Position numbers and translations under genes: made by a program. Below are positions 18,995 through 28,238 of a DNA stretch of 64,000 bases, one piece after another (positions within the stretch are counted from its first letter, which is position 1; each line of letters opens with the position of its first letter). The stretch is from Candidatus Eiseniibacteriota bacterium (GTDB lineage: Bacteria > Eisenbacteria > RBG-16-71-46): positions 512,001-576,000 of the forward strand of contig CAVZLN010000006.1 in assembly GCA_963776245.1 (NCBI GenBank), in the 5' to 3' direction. Under the pieces are notes generated by a model. That model had not been told where the DNA came from, ran no database searches, and saw nothing but the letters and a program-made list of their open reading frames with translations.

Positions 18995-19106
18995 GGAGCC
19001 TCCTCCCGGGTCCTCGATGCCGGCGTGGGGCGCCGCGCGGATGGGTGCTCACAAGGGACGTCCGAACATAGCAGATGACTCGCGGGCGCGCCCCGCGGGG
19101 CGACGA

Positions 19107-19216
19107 GCGCCGCGCTCCGGGCGACGGGCGCGCGGGAGTCGGGCGCCGCGCTCCGGGTGGCGGGTGCGCGGGAGTCGGGCGCCCGGCTCCGGGCGACCGG
19201 GGCGCGCGGAAGCCGG
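19107..19216. repeat. Three imperfect 36-38-bp tandem repeats
   Basis: gcgccgcgctccgggcgacgggcgcgcgggagtcgg / gcgccgcgctccgggtggcgggtgcgcgggagtcgg / gcgcccggctccgggcgaccggggcgcgcggaagccgg. Confidence 0.75.
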
Positions 19217-19231
19217 GGTGCGGGGCCGGGC

Positions 19232-20131
19232 CTATTCGCGCAGCAACCGCTCGTCGCCGGGCGCGGTGTGCTCCCAGTAGGCGATGCGCACCGTGTTCTG
19301 CAGCTCGAGCCGGCGCCCGGTGGTGGTCTCCATCTTGAGCATCACGTGCGGGGCCTCGGCGTCGAACCAGTAGAGGTCGGTGCCGCGCGCCGTGGTCACG
19401 GTGAAGTGGCGGGCCACGTACGCGCCGTCCGGGACCGAGAGCGGCACCGTTCCGACCATGCGCACGGTGGCCGGCACCGGCACGGTCGCCTCGAGCGGAC
19501 TGCTGCTGCCGACCTGGCTCGGCAGCAGCCCGACCCGCCGTTCGAACGGCGCGCTCTCCCCCGCCAGCGCGCGCAGCGTGACCGGGAGCGCGTCGGTCCA
19601 CCACAGCTCGCCCTTGGGCACGGCGATCGCCACCTCGCGATCGCCCTCGCCCTCCCGGTAGGAGTGCGCGGTATGGGTGAGCCGCCCGCGGCGCGGTCCG
19701 ACGCTCACGAACACCATGCCGCGGCCCTCGGTGCTGCTCATGGTCTCCTTCAGGGGACGCAGGTCGGAGCGCCTCAGGAACACCGACACCATCTGATGGT
19801 AGGCGTACGTGCCGGTGGGATAGTCCACGATGAAGTTCATCTTCATCGCCTCGCACGTCCGCCCCGGGATGGCACCGGAATCGCTCTTCACCAGCGAGGC
19901 CTCGAGCACGTCCTCCTTCATCAGGATGACCTCGGCGGCGGTCGGGCGGTCGGCGCCGTATTGCGCCGTGGTGCCCGAGTAGAGCGACACCTCGGCCTGG
20001 CCGTCGTCCCACCGGTGGTCCGCCGCGAAGGCCGGCGCGTGCGCCCCGGATCTCGCGCCCGGCAGCCCGCCGCATCCCGCGGCGAGCGCCGCGATCGCCC
20101 CGCACAGCACCGCGCGCTTCACGTGATCCAT
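19232..20131 (-). CDS. Hypothetical lipoprotein
   Basis: Lipobox LAAG|C; WDDGQAEVSLY...YG..R motif. Confidence 0.75.
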   Translation of the reverse strand: MDHVKRAVLCGAIAALAAGCGGLPGARSGAHAPAFAADHRWDDGQAEVSLYSGTTAQYGADRPTAAEVILMKEDVLEASLVKSDSGAIPGRTCEAMKMNFIVDYPTGTYAYHQMVSVFLRRSDLRPLKETMSSTEGRGMVFVSVGPRRGRLTHTAHSYREGEGDREVAIAVPKGELWWTDALPVTLRALAGESAPFERRVGLLPSQVGSSSPLEATVPVPATVRMVGTVPLSVPDGAYVARHFTVTTARGTDLYWFDAEAPHVMLKMETTTGRRLELQNTVRIAYWEHTAPGDERLLRE

Positions 20132-20135
20132 CGGG

Positions 20136-20798
20136 TCATCCTCCCTGGGCCGGGCCCTTCAGGTTGTCGTTCAGCGCCTGAGCGAGCGCGCCCAGCCGCC
20201 GGTCGAAGAAGTGGCTCGCGCCGTCGACCTCGACCAGCGTCCGGGGCTCCGCCCAGCCCGTGAACTGGGCGTGGAGCTGGTGCGGCGGACACACCTCGTC
20301 GGCGCTGCCCTGGATCACCAGCTTCGGGGTCGACAGCGTCCGCAGGACATCGAACGACACCGTGCCCACCGGAGGCGCGATCAGCACCACGCGCTCGATC
20401 GCGGCCTCCGCCGCGGCCAGCCGGGCGGCGATCCACGAGCCGAACGAGAACCCCGCCACCCACAGCCGCGCCCGCGGATAGCGCTCGCGCAGGGCTTCGA
20501 GCGCCGCGCGCGCGTCCTCGAGCTCGCCCTGGCCATGGTCGTGGGCGCCGGCGCTCGCGCCCGCGCCGCGGAAGTTGAACCGCAGCACCGCCGCACCGAG
20601 GGCGTGGAGCGTGGCCGCCGCGCGGTGGACCACCTTGTTGTGCAGGGTGCCGCCGTAGAGCGGATGGGGATGACACACCACGGCCGCGAGCGCGTGGTCG
20701 CGCGCGCCGGATTCCTGCAGCACCGCCTCGAGCCGGCCCGCCGGGCCGTCGAGCTCGAGGTGCACGAGGCGCGAGGGGCTCCGGTGCGCGTCCGTCAT
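20136..20798 (-). CDS. Alpha/beta hydrolase
   Basis: CHPHPLYGGTLHNKVV, RFNFRGAG, GFSFGS nucleophile elbow, GASHFF. Confidence 0.9.
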   Translation of the reverse strand: MTDAHRSPSRLVHLELDGPAGRLEAVLQESGARDHALAAVVCHPHPLYGGTLHNKVVHRAAATLHALGAAVLRFNFRGAGASAGAHDHGQGELEDARAALEALRERYPRARLWVAGFSFGSWIAARLAAAEAAIERVVLIAPPVGTVSFDVLRTLSTPKLVIQGSADEVCPPHQLHAQFTGWAEPRTLVEVDGASHFFDRRLGALAQALNDNLKGPAQGG

Positions 20799-21295
20799 CG
20801 GCGACGCGGACCCGGGGCCGGCCCGCCGAAGCGCGCGCGGAGCTTCTGCGCGAGCTCGGCCTCGAGCGTGGCGAAGTTGAGCCCATTGCCGTCGCCGATC
20901 GCCAGCACACAACCGGCGTCCAGCATCCACTCCTCGAACCCCAGCGGTGTGGTCTCCTCGAAATCCATGAGATCGCTGGTGATGCGCCCGGGAAAGGTCT
21001 CGAACTCGTCGTTCCAGGTGTCGAGGAACATCACCTCGTCCGTGCCATTGAGCATGCCCACCGACGACAGATGGTCGAGCTCGCCGGGGGCCAGCAGGAG
21101 CACGCCGCGATGCTGGCTGGCGCGGATGCCCTCGGCCCGCAGACGGCGGCGCAGGGTCGGCCACTCCCCCGGGCGCTCCTGCCCGTCGAGCACCGGGATC
21201 GCGCACATCGCGAGCTCGGGCATCAGGTCGAGCCAGGCGTCGAGGATGTCGCTGACCGTGGCGGTGACGCGACCGTGATGGAGCTTCTCGCTCAT
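20795..21295 (-). CDS. Hypothetical protein
   Basis: MSEKLHHGRVTATVSDILDAWLDLMPEL...; normal composition; 4-bp overlap with downstream gene. Confidence 0.7.
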   Translation of the reverse strand: MSEKLHHGRVTATVSDILDAWLDLMPELAMCAIPVLDGQERPGEWPTLRRRLRAEGIRASQHRGVLLLAPGELDHLSSVGMLNGTDEVMFLDTWNDEFETFPGRITSDLMDFEETTPLGFEEWMLDAGCVLAIGDGNGLNFATLEAELAQKLRARFGGPAPGPRRR

Positions 21296-21360
21296 CGGCG
21301 TGCTCGGGGCTCGGGTGCGGTGCGGCACGGGCTGCGTCTGCGGCGCTTCCGCGGCGCATC

Positions 21361-23394
21361 CTACCGTGGCGGGCCGGACGCGGGAAGCGGGGCCGGACCT
21401 CCAGCCGCCTGGCGGCGCTCGCGCGCGGGGAGCGTGAGCACCGGGCAGCGCACCAGGTGGCGCAGCCCGGAGGTGGTGGAGCCGTGGACCAGGTCCTCCA
21501 GCAGCCGGTGGCCGTGCGACCCGGTGATGAGCAGATCGGCGTCGATCTCCTCCACCAGCCGCGCCAGTTCGGACTTCACGTCCCCGAAGCCGAGGCACCC
21601 CGAGGCGCTGAAGCCCGCCGCCTGCAGCTCGGTGGCCAGATCGTCGAGCGCCGTCTGGTCCTCGCGCGCTTCGCGGTCGAGGGTGTCGCGGCCCAGGAAA
21701 CGGCCGGCGGCGCTCTCGACCACGTGGAGCAGGACGACCTCGGCGCCGGCGCGCAGCACCAGGGAGCGGACGTGCTCAAGCACCGGGCGGTCGGCCTCCC
21801 CCAGCTCGAGCGCCAGCGCGATGCGCCGGTAGGGCGCCGGCGTGCGCTCGCCCGGGGCCAGGTGCGGGGCGCCCGCCTCCACTGGACGGGCGGGTTCGGG
21901 CGCCGCGGTCGCGAGCGCAGGCGCCAGCCGCCTCAGGAGCGGCATCGCCACGATGTAAGCGAGCAACAGCGCGATCGCGATCACCACCGGCAGCACCAGC
22001 GCCGGCAGCCACCACCCTCCCGGTCCGGCGTTCGCGAACCAGCCGGAGAGGGTGTCGTACACGAGCTTGGCGTTGAGCCCGATGATGAGCGCCGAAGCGA
22101 GCACGGCGAGTGTCACCAGCCAGGGCGGATTGGCGAATCCGCCCATCAGTCGTCGGTCGCTGGTGAAGGTCACCAGCGGCACCACCGCGAACGAGAGCTG
22201 CAGGCTCAGCACCACCTGCGAGAGCACCAGGAGCGAGTCCACCGAGCGCTCGCCGCGCAACGCGATGAACGCGATCGCCGGCACGATGGCGAGTCCGCGA
22301 CTGATCATGCGGCGCAGCCACGGCTGGATGCGCCAGTGGAGGAAGCCCTCCATCACGATCTGTCCGGCGAGTGTGCCGGTGATGGTGCTGGCCTGTCCGG
22401 AAGCCAGCAGCGCGACCGCGAACAGCGTCGACGCGAGCGAGGTGCCGAGCAGCGGGGCGAGCAGGCGATGGGCGTCCTCCAGCCGGGCGACCTCGTGATG
22501 GCCGGTGAAGTAGAAGGTCGAGGCGGCGAGCACCAGGATCGCGCCGTTCACCAACAACGCGGTGTTGAGCGCAATCGCCGAATCCACGGTGTTCATCCGG
22601 CACGCCTCGCGTTTCGCCGCCACCGACCCCGCGACCGCGCGGCTCTGGACCAGCGCGGAGTGCAGGTAGAGGTTGTGCGGCATCACCGTGGCCCCGAGGA
22701 TGCCCATCGCGATGTAGAGCGAGTCCCCCTGCAGTCCGAGCACGGTCAGGCCGCCGCCGGACCCGCGCCCGAACAGGCTCGGTGCCCCATCCGCTCCGCG
22801 CGGAATCACGTGGGACAGCACTGCCGCCCAGTCCGGGCGCGACAGCAGGATCTCGACCCCGAAGCACAGGCCCATCGTGGCGATGAGGCTGAGGATCAGC
22901 GCTTCCAGCCAGCGCATGCCGAGGCGCGAGAACGCGAGGAGCAGCAGCACGTCGAGCGCGGTGAGGAGCACGCCGACCATCAGCGGCAAACCGAACAGCA
23001 GTTGCAGCCCGATGGCGGCGCCCAACACCTCCGCGAGGTCGCACGCCACGATGGCGAGCTCGCACATCAGCCACAGCGGCATCACCAGCCAGCGCGGGTA
23101 GTACTCGCGGCAGGCCTGGGCCAGGTCGCGACCGGTCACCACGCCGAAACGCGCGGCCAGCGTCTGGAGCAGGATCGCAAGCAGGTTGCTCAGCACGATC
23201 ACCCAGACCAGCTGGTATCCGAACCGCGCTCCGCCGGCGAGGTCGGTGGCCCAGTTGCCCGGATCCATGTAGCCCACGCTCACCAGATACGCCGGGCCCG
23301 CGAACGCGAACAATCGGCGGATCCACGGCCCGGTGGCCGACACCGGCACGGTGCCGTGATGTTCGGGGAGTGAGCGGCGGTCGGGACCCGTCAT
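21361..23394 (-). CDS. mntH: Nramp Mn2+ transporter fused to C-terminal USP domain
   Basis: GYMDPGNW, VMPHNLYLHS, GQIVMEGF; C-terminal ITGSHGH USP motif. Confidence 0.95.
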   Translation of the reverse strand: MTGPDRRSLPEHHGTVPVSATGPWIRRLFAFAGPAYLVSVGYMDPGNWATDLAGGARFGYQLVWVIVLSNLLAILLQTLAARFGVVTGRDLAQACREYYPRWLVMPLWLMCELAIVACDLAEVLGAAIGLQLLFGLPLMVGVLLTALDVLLLLAFSRLGMRWLEALILSLIATMGLCFGVEILLSRPDWAAVLSHVIPRGADGAPSLFGRGSGGGLTVLGLQGDSLYIAMGILGATVMPHNLYLHSALVQSRAVAGSVAAKREACRMNTVDSAIALNTALLVNGAILVLAASTFYFTGHHEVARLEDAHRLLAPLLGTSLASTLFAVALLASGQASTITGTLAGQIVMEGFLHWRIQPWLRRMISRGLAIVPAIAFIALRGERSVDSLLVLSQVVLSLQLSFAVVPLVTFTSDRRLMGGFANPPWLVTLAVLASALIIGLNAKLVYDTLSGWFANAGPGGWWLPALVLPVVIAIALLLAYIVAMPLLRRLAPALATAAPEPARPVEAGAPHLAPGERTPAPYRRIALALELGEADRPVLEHVRSLVLRAGAEVVLLHVVESAAGRFLGRDTLDREAREDQTALDDLATELQAAGFSASGCLGFGDVKSELARLVEEIDADLLITGSHGHRLLEDLVHGSTTSGLRHLVRCPVLTLPARERRQAAGGPAPLPASGPPR

Positions 23395-24065
23395 GCGCCC
23401 TTCCGCGGGCGCAGCTCGACCATCACGCCCTCGATGCCCCGCCGGCCGGTGACGAAGGTGTGCCCCGCGACCTCGACCTCGTGGACGTCGTCGTGCGCGC
23501 GCACCGCCCGCACGCGCACCAGCGCCCCGGGGACCAGCCCGGCCTGCTTCCAGCGGGCCAGCCGGCCCGCGTCCGCGTCCACCATCTCGCGCACCGTGGC
23601 GCGCGCACCGGGCGCGAGGGCCACCAGCGGGCGCAGGACGCGCCGGCGGATGCGCCCCTGCCGATCGGGGATGAGGTGCCCGTGCGGGTCCTCGGCCGGG
23701 CGGCCTGCCAGCCGGTCGATGGCCTCGAGCACGCGCTCGCTCACGTGGTGCTCGAGCACCTCGGCGTCCGCGTGGACCTCGGACCAGTCGAGCCCGAGCA
23801 CCCGCACGAGGAACGTCTCGAGGATGCGGTGGCGCCGCACCATCTCGAGCGCGAGCCGCCGCCCGCGCGGGGTGAGCCCGGCGCCGGCGCGCATCTCGTG
23901 CGCCACCAGGTCCTCGCCCGCGAGCGCGCGCAGCATCGCGGTGACCGACGGCGGCGCGACGCCGAGGTGCGCGGCGAGCGCCGAGGTGGACACCGGCTCG
24001 CCGCCGGGGCCGAGCGCGTAGAGCGCCTTCAGGTAATCCTCGCGCGAGCGCGACAGCCGGACCAT
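23391..24065 (-). CDS. mntR: DtxR/MntR metal-dependent repressor with FeoA domain
   Basis: EDYLKALY, RRHRILETFL, VHADAEVLEHHVS, DPHGHLIP. Confidence 0.92.
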   Translation of the reverse strand: MVRLSRSREDYLKALYALGPGGEPVSTSALAAHLGVAPPSVTAMLRALAGEDLVAHEMRAGAGLTPRGRRLALEMVRRHRILETFLVRVLGLDWSEVHADAEVLEHHVSERVLEAIDRLAGRPAEDPHGHLIPDRQGRIRRRVLRPLVALAPGARATVREMVDADAGRLARWKQAGLVPGALVRVRAVRAHDDVHEVEVAGHTFVTGRRGIEGVMVELRPRKGA

Positions 24066-24072
24066 GGCGGTG

Positions 24073-24102
24073 TTAGATACGCCTAATCGCGGCCTTCGTC
24101 AA
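24073..24102 (-). promoter_or_regulatory. mntR-mntH promoter with overlapping DtxR-type operator
   Basis: TTGACG-N17-TATCTA; imperfect palindrome TTAGGCGTATCTAA (24073-24086) covers the -10. Confidence 0.7.
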
Positions 24103-24157
24103 GCCTAAGGCAGGGTCGGGGCATGCAAGGCCGCGGCGACTGGGGTAGTTTCCCCGC

Positions 24158-26806
24158 ATGTCGATCCCTTCCGGCACCCGTCTGGGCCCCCACGAGATCG
24201 TCGCTCCGCTCGGCGCGGGCGGCATGGGCGAGGTGTATCGCGCCCGCGACACGCGGCTGGGGCGCGACGTCGCGATCAAGGTCCTCCCCGATGAGCTGAC
24301 CGCCAGCGAGGACCTGCGCCAGCGGTTCGAGCGCGAGGCCCGCACCATCTCCCGGCTCACGCACCCGCACATCTGCACGCTGTTCGACGTGGGCCGCGAG
24401 GGCGCCGTCGAGTACCTGGTGATGGAGCTGCTCGAAGGGGAGACGCTGGCCGAGCGCCTGGCGAAGGGCCGGCTGCCGCTGGAACAGGTGCTGCGGTCCG
24501 GCGGCGAGATCGCGGCGGCGCTCGCGGCGGCGCACGCGCTGGGCATCGTGCATCGCGACCTCAAGCCGGCGAACATCATGCTCACCCGGTCGGGCATCAA
24601 GCTGCTGGATTTCGGACTGGCCAAGGTCTTCGCCCGGGCGCCGGAGGCCTCCACCGCGGCGACCGTGGCCGTCTCGGTCCGGATCACGGGCGAGGGCATG
24701 CGTCTGGGCACGGCGCCCTACATGGCCCCGGAACAGGCCGAGGGCAAGGTGGTGGACGCCCGGGCGGACGTCTTCGCGCTGGGCGCGGTGCTGTTCGAGA
24801 TGGCGACCGGGGTCCGGGCCTTCGCCGGAACGAGCCAGGCGGCGGTGCTGTCGGCGGTCCTGAATCACGATCCACCGCCGGTCTCGGCGCTCCAGCCGGC
24901 CGCTCCCCCGTCGCTGGATCGCCTGGTGCGCCGGTGCCTCGCCAAGGATCCCGCGGCGCGCTGGAACTCGACCGCTGACCTCGAGCTCCAGCTGCGCGAG
25001 ATCGCGGATGTCGTCGCCAGCGGGACCGCGGCCGTGCCGACGGCGCCGGCACGGAGGCTCCGGGTGTGGCTGCCCTGGGCGATCGCCGGTCTGGCGGTCG
25101 CGTCCGGCGCCGTCACCCTCGGGCGCGGGCCCGCGCCCGCCGGACCGCCCGCGACGACGATACGCTTCGTCGTGCCGCCTCCCACCGGAGGGAAGTTCGC
25201 CTACTCCGCGGAGAGCCCGTTCCTCGCGGTCTCGCCCGACGGCTCGCAGCTCGCCTTCCTCGCCACCGATTCCACCGGGGTGCGCCGCGCGTGGTTGCGC
25301 CCCCTCGCGGCACTCGAAGCGCGACCGATGGCCGGCACGGAGAACGCCTCGTCGGTGTTCTGGTCTCCGGACGGCCGCTCGCTCGGCTTCTTCGCGGGCG
25401 GGAAGCTCGCACGACTGGACCTCGCAGGCGGGGCAGCCACCCCGATCTGCGAAGTGCCCGCGGGCGGGGGCATGGCGGCCAGCTGGGGGCGCTCCGGGGA
25501 CATCCTCTTCTCGTCCATGCTGGGTCGCGCCATCCACCGCGTGCCCGCGTCCGGCGGAGACCCCCGCGTGGAGGTGACCGCCGACAGCACCCTCGGGCAG
25601 TGGCGCGTGGAGTGGCCCTGGTTCCTGCCCGACGGGCGGCGGTTCCTCTACCTGCTCCACCGTGCGGACGATCAGGACTCGCTCATGTTCGTGGCCCCGG
25701 GAGAGCGCCCGCGCGCGGTGTGCGCGGCGAGCTCCAATGCCGCGTTCACGGAGCCCGACCTGCTCACCTTCGTGCAGGAAGGGACGCTGCTCGGGAGGCG
25801 GTTCGACTGGCGCGGCGGCCGCGTCAGCGGCGGACCGTTTCCGATCGCCGATCCGGTCCGCTTCTTCATCTCCACCGGCGGCGCCGCGTACGCCGCGTCC
25901 GCGGGAGGGACGCTGGTCTATCAGTCCTCCGACGATGTCTCGCGGCTGGTCTGGATCGACCGGGGCGGACGCGAGCTCGGCTCGCTCGGCCCGCCGGGGG
26001 ACTACCTCGATCTCTCGCTCTCGCCCGATCGGCAACGGCTGCTCTGCGCCCGCACCCAGCCGAAGATCGGCTCGTACGACGTCTGGTCGCTCGACCTCGC
26101 GCGCGGGACGGAGACCCGACTCACCTCGAGCCCGCACAGCGAATTCGACGCGCGACTGCTGCCCGGCGGCCGGAGCATCGCGTATTCCGCCGCAGTCGGG
26201 CAGCTGCCGCTCCTGTATCGGCTCGATCTCGAGACCGGGGAGTCGCAGCCCATGCTCCCGGCCAGCGGGTTCCAGTCGGCCGAGGACATATCGCCGGACG
26301 GCAAGACCCTCGCCTATGTCGAGCGCACCGTGGGTGGCGCTCAGCGCGCGTGGGCCCTGCCCCTCGACGGCAAGGGAAGGCCCGCACCGCTCCTGCCAGC
26401 GGATCTGCGCGCCGGCTCGGTGCGGTTCTCACCCGACGGTCGCTATCTCGCGTTCCTCTCGGACGAGTCCGGTCAATGGGAGGCGTACGTCGCGCCCTAT
26501 CCGGGCCCCGGGGAGATGACCCGCGTCTCGCGCGATGGCGCGCTGGAGCTGCGGTGGCCCAGCCACGGCGGCGAGATCCTCTACCTCTCGCGCGATCGCA
26601 AGCTGGTCTCGGTCCCGGTCCGCACCTTGCCGGCGCTCTCATTGGGAACGTCCAAGCCGCTGTTCACGCTGGCGGGCGAGGGCACCTGGAACGGATTCGA
26701 TGTCACGCCGGACGGCCAGCGCATCCTCGCGATCGTGCCGCAGGTGGTGGCGGACCGGCTGCCGATCACGGTGATCGCGAACTGGCCGCAGGGGACGGCG
26801 AGGTAG
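24158..26806 (+). CDS. Hanks-type Ser/Thr kinase with TM helix and TolB/PD40 beta-propeller
   Basis: GAGGMGEVY, VAIK, HRDLKPAN, DFG, YMAPEQ; repeated SPDG blades. Confidence 0.95.
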   Translation: MSIPSGTRLGPHEIVAPLGAGGMGEVYRARDTRLGRDVAIKVLPDELTASEDLRQRFEREARTISRLTHPHICTLFDVGREGAVEYLVMELLEGETLAERLAKGRLPLEQVLRSGGEIAAALAAAHALGIVHRDLKPANIMLTRSGIKLLDFGLAKVFARAPEASTAATVAVSVRITGEGMRLGTAPYMAPEQAEGKVVDARADVFALGAVLFEMATGVRAFAGTSQAAVLSAVLNHDPPPVSALQPAAPPSLDRLVRRCLAKDPAARWNSTADLELQLREIADVVASGTAAVPTAPARRLRVWLPWAIAGLAVASGAVTLGRGPAPAGPPATTIRFVVPPPTGGKFAYSAESPFLAVSPDGSQLAFLATDSTGVRRAWLRPLAALEARPMAGTENASSVFWSPDGRSLGFFAGGKLARLDLAGGAATPICEVPAGGGMAASWGRSGDILFSSMLGRAIHRVPASGGDPRVEVTADSTLGQWRVEWPWFLPDGRRFLYLLHRADDQDSLMFVAPGERPRAVCAASSNAAFTEPDLLTFVQEGTLLGRRFDWRGGRVSGGPFPIADPVRFFISTGGAAYAASAGGTLVYQSSDDVSRLVWIDRGGRELGSLGPPGDYLDLSLSPDRQRLLCARTQPKIGSYDVWSLDLARGTETRLTSSPHSEFDARLLPGGRSIAYSAAVGQLPLLYRLDLETGESQPMLPASGFQSAEDISPDGKTLAYVERTVGGAQRAWALPLDGKGRPAPLLPADLRAGSVRFSPDGRYLAFLSDESGQWEAYVAPYPGPGEMTRVSRDGALELRWPSHGGEILYLSRDRKLVSVPVRTLPALSLGTSKPLFTLAGEGTWNGFDVTPDGQRILAIVPQVVADRLPITVIANWPQGTAR

Positions 26807-26938
26807 GCGAGCGGGATCGGCACGACAGCGGTCCCGGCCGAGCGCGGATGCGATGAAGCGCGAGACGACACATTCGATTGCCGCCCTCCGGACCCTGCGC
26901 TAGTCTCCCGGCTCCCCGCTCCACACTGGAGAACGCTG

Positions 26939-27913
26939 ATGCCCCAGATGACCATGGTCCAGGCCATCCAGGACGCGCTGCGCATCGCGCTGCGCGAGGA
27001 CCCGCGCGTCGTGGTGCTCGGCGAGGATGTCGGGCGCAACGGCGGCGTGTTCCGGGTCACCGAGGGGCTGCAGGCCGAGTTCGGCGAGGCGCGCGTGGCC
27101 GACACGCCGCTGGCCGAGAACGGCATCGTCGGATGCGCCATCGGCATGGCGATCGGCGGGCTCAAGCCGATCGCCGAGATCCAGTTCGTGGACTTCATCT
27201 ACCCGGCGTTCGACCAGATCGTCTCCGAGCTCGCCAAGCTGCGCTGGAGATCGGCGGGGCAGTACAGCGCCCCGGTCATCGTGCGCTCACCCTATGGCGG
27301 CGGCATCAAGGGCGGGCTCTATCACTCGCAGAGCCCCGAAGCGTACTTCTGCCACACGCCCGGGCTCACGGTGGTGATCCCCTCCACCCCGCACGACGCC
27401 AAAGGGCTGCTGCTCGCCGCGCTGGCAGGCGACGACCCGGTCATCTTCCTCGAGCCGAAGCGCCTCTATCGCACCACCAAAGAGGACGTGCCGGAGGGCC
27501 GTTTCACCGTGCCGCTCTCGAGCGCGCGCGTCGCACGTGCGGGCGAGCACGTCACCGTGCTCAGCTATGGCGCGATGATCCCGGTGGCGCTCGAGGCGGC
27601 CGAGCAGGCCGCCGGGCGCGGCTGGTCGGTGGAGGTCCTCGACCTGCGCACCCTGGTGCCGCTCGACGCCGAGGCGGTGTTGGAGAGCACGCGCAAGACC
27701 GGGCGCGTGGTCGTGCTTCACGAGGCGCCGCGCACCTGCGGCTACGGCGCCGAGCTGGTCGCGCTGGTGGCCGAGAAGGCGCTCACCTCGCTGCTCGCTC
27801 CGGTGGTGCGCGTGACCGGATACGACACTCCGTTCCCGTATACGCTCGAGCACACCTACCTGCCCGATGCCCCGCGCGTGATGCGGGCGATCGAGCACGT
27901 CATGTCCTACTGA
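26939..27913 (+). CDS. 2-oxoacid (branched-chain/pyruvate) dehydrogenase E1 beta
   Basis: GEDVGRNGGVFR, DTPLAENGI, EIQFVDF, HSQSPEAYF. Confidence 0.95.
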   Translation: MPQMTMVQAIQDALRIALREDPRVVVLGEDVGRNGGVFRVTEGLQAEFGEARVADTPLAENGIVGCAIGMAIGGLKPIAEIQFVDFIYPAFDQIVSELAKLRWRSAGQYSAPVIVRSPYGGGIKGGLYHSQSPEAYFCHTPGLTVVIPSTPHDAKGLLLAALAGDDPVIFLEPKRLYRTTKEDVPEGRFTVPLSSARVARAGEHVTVLSYGAMIPVALEAAEQAAGRGWSVEVLDLRTLVPLDAEAVLESTRKTGRVVVLHEAPRTCGYGAELVALVAEKALTSLLAPVVRVTGYDTPFPYTLEHTYLPDAPRVMRAIEHVMSY

Positions 27914-27922
27914 GGCCCCGCC

Positions 27923-28225
27923 ATGCTGCTCATCCTCTGGGAGTACACCGCCCGACCCGACCGCACCGAGGAGTTCGAGGCCCTGTACCGCCCCGACGGT
28001 CCGTGGACCGGGCTGTTCCGCGGCGCGCCGGGATTCCTGAGCACCACACTGTGGAAGGACCTGCGGCAGCCTCAGCGCTACGTCGTGGCGGACCGCTGGA
28101 CCAGCGTCGTGCTCTACGAGGAGTTCAAGCACGCCCATGCCGCGCCGTACGCCGCGCTCGCCGAGCGGGGCGCGCGCACGATCATCCGCGAGACCGAGCT
28201 CGGGCGCTTCGGCGCCATGGATTGA
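27923..28225 (+). CDS. ABM (antibiotic biosynthesis monooxygenase) family protein
   Basis: EEFEALY.PDGPW..LF...PGFL.T.L...RY...DRW pattern. Confidence 0.7.
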   Translation: MLLILWEYTARPDRTEEFEALYRPDGPWTGLFRGAPGFLSTTLWKDLRQPQRYVVADRWTSVVLYEEFKHAHAAPYAALAERGARTIIRETELGRFGAMD

Positions 28226-28238
28226 ACGCGAGGGACCG

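Noticed and set aside
19107..19216. Possible CRISPR array
   Set aside because: Units are contiguous without spacers, degenerate, and no cas genes are present.
13425..20105. Very long ORFs (975, 876, 1230 aa) and many antisense ORFs throughout the window
   Set aside because: Stop-codon scarcity in high-GC DNA; only the segments with recognisable motifs were kept.
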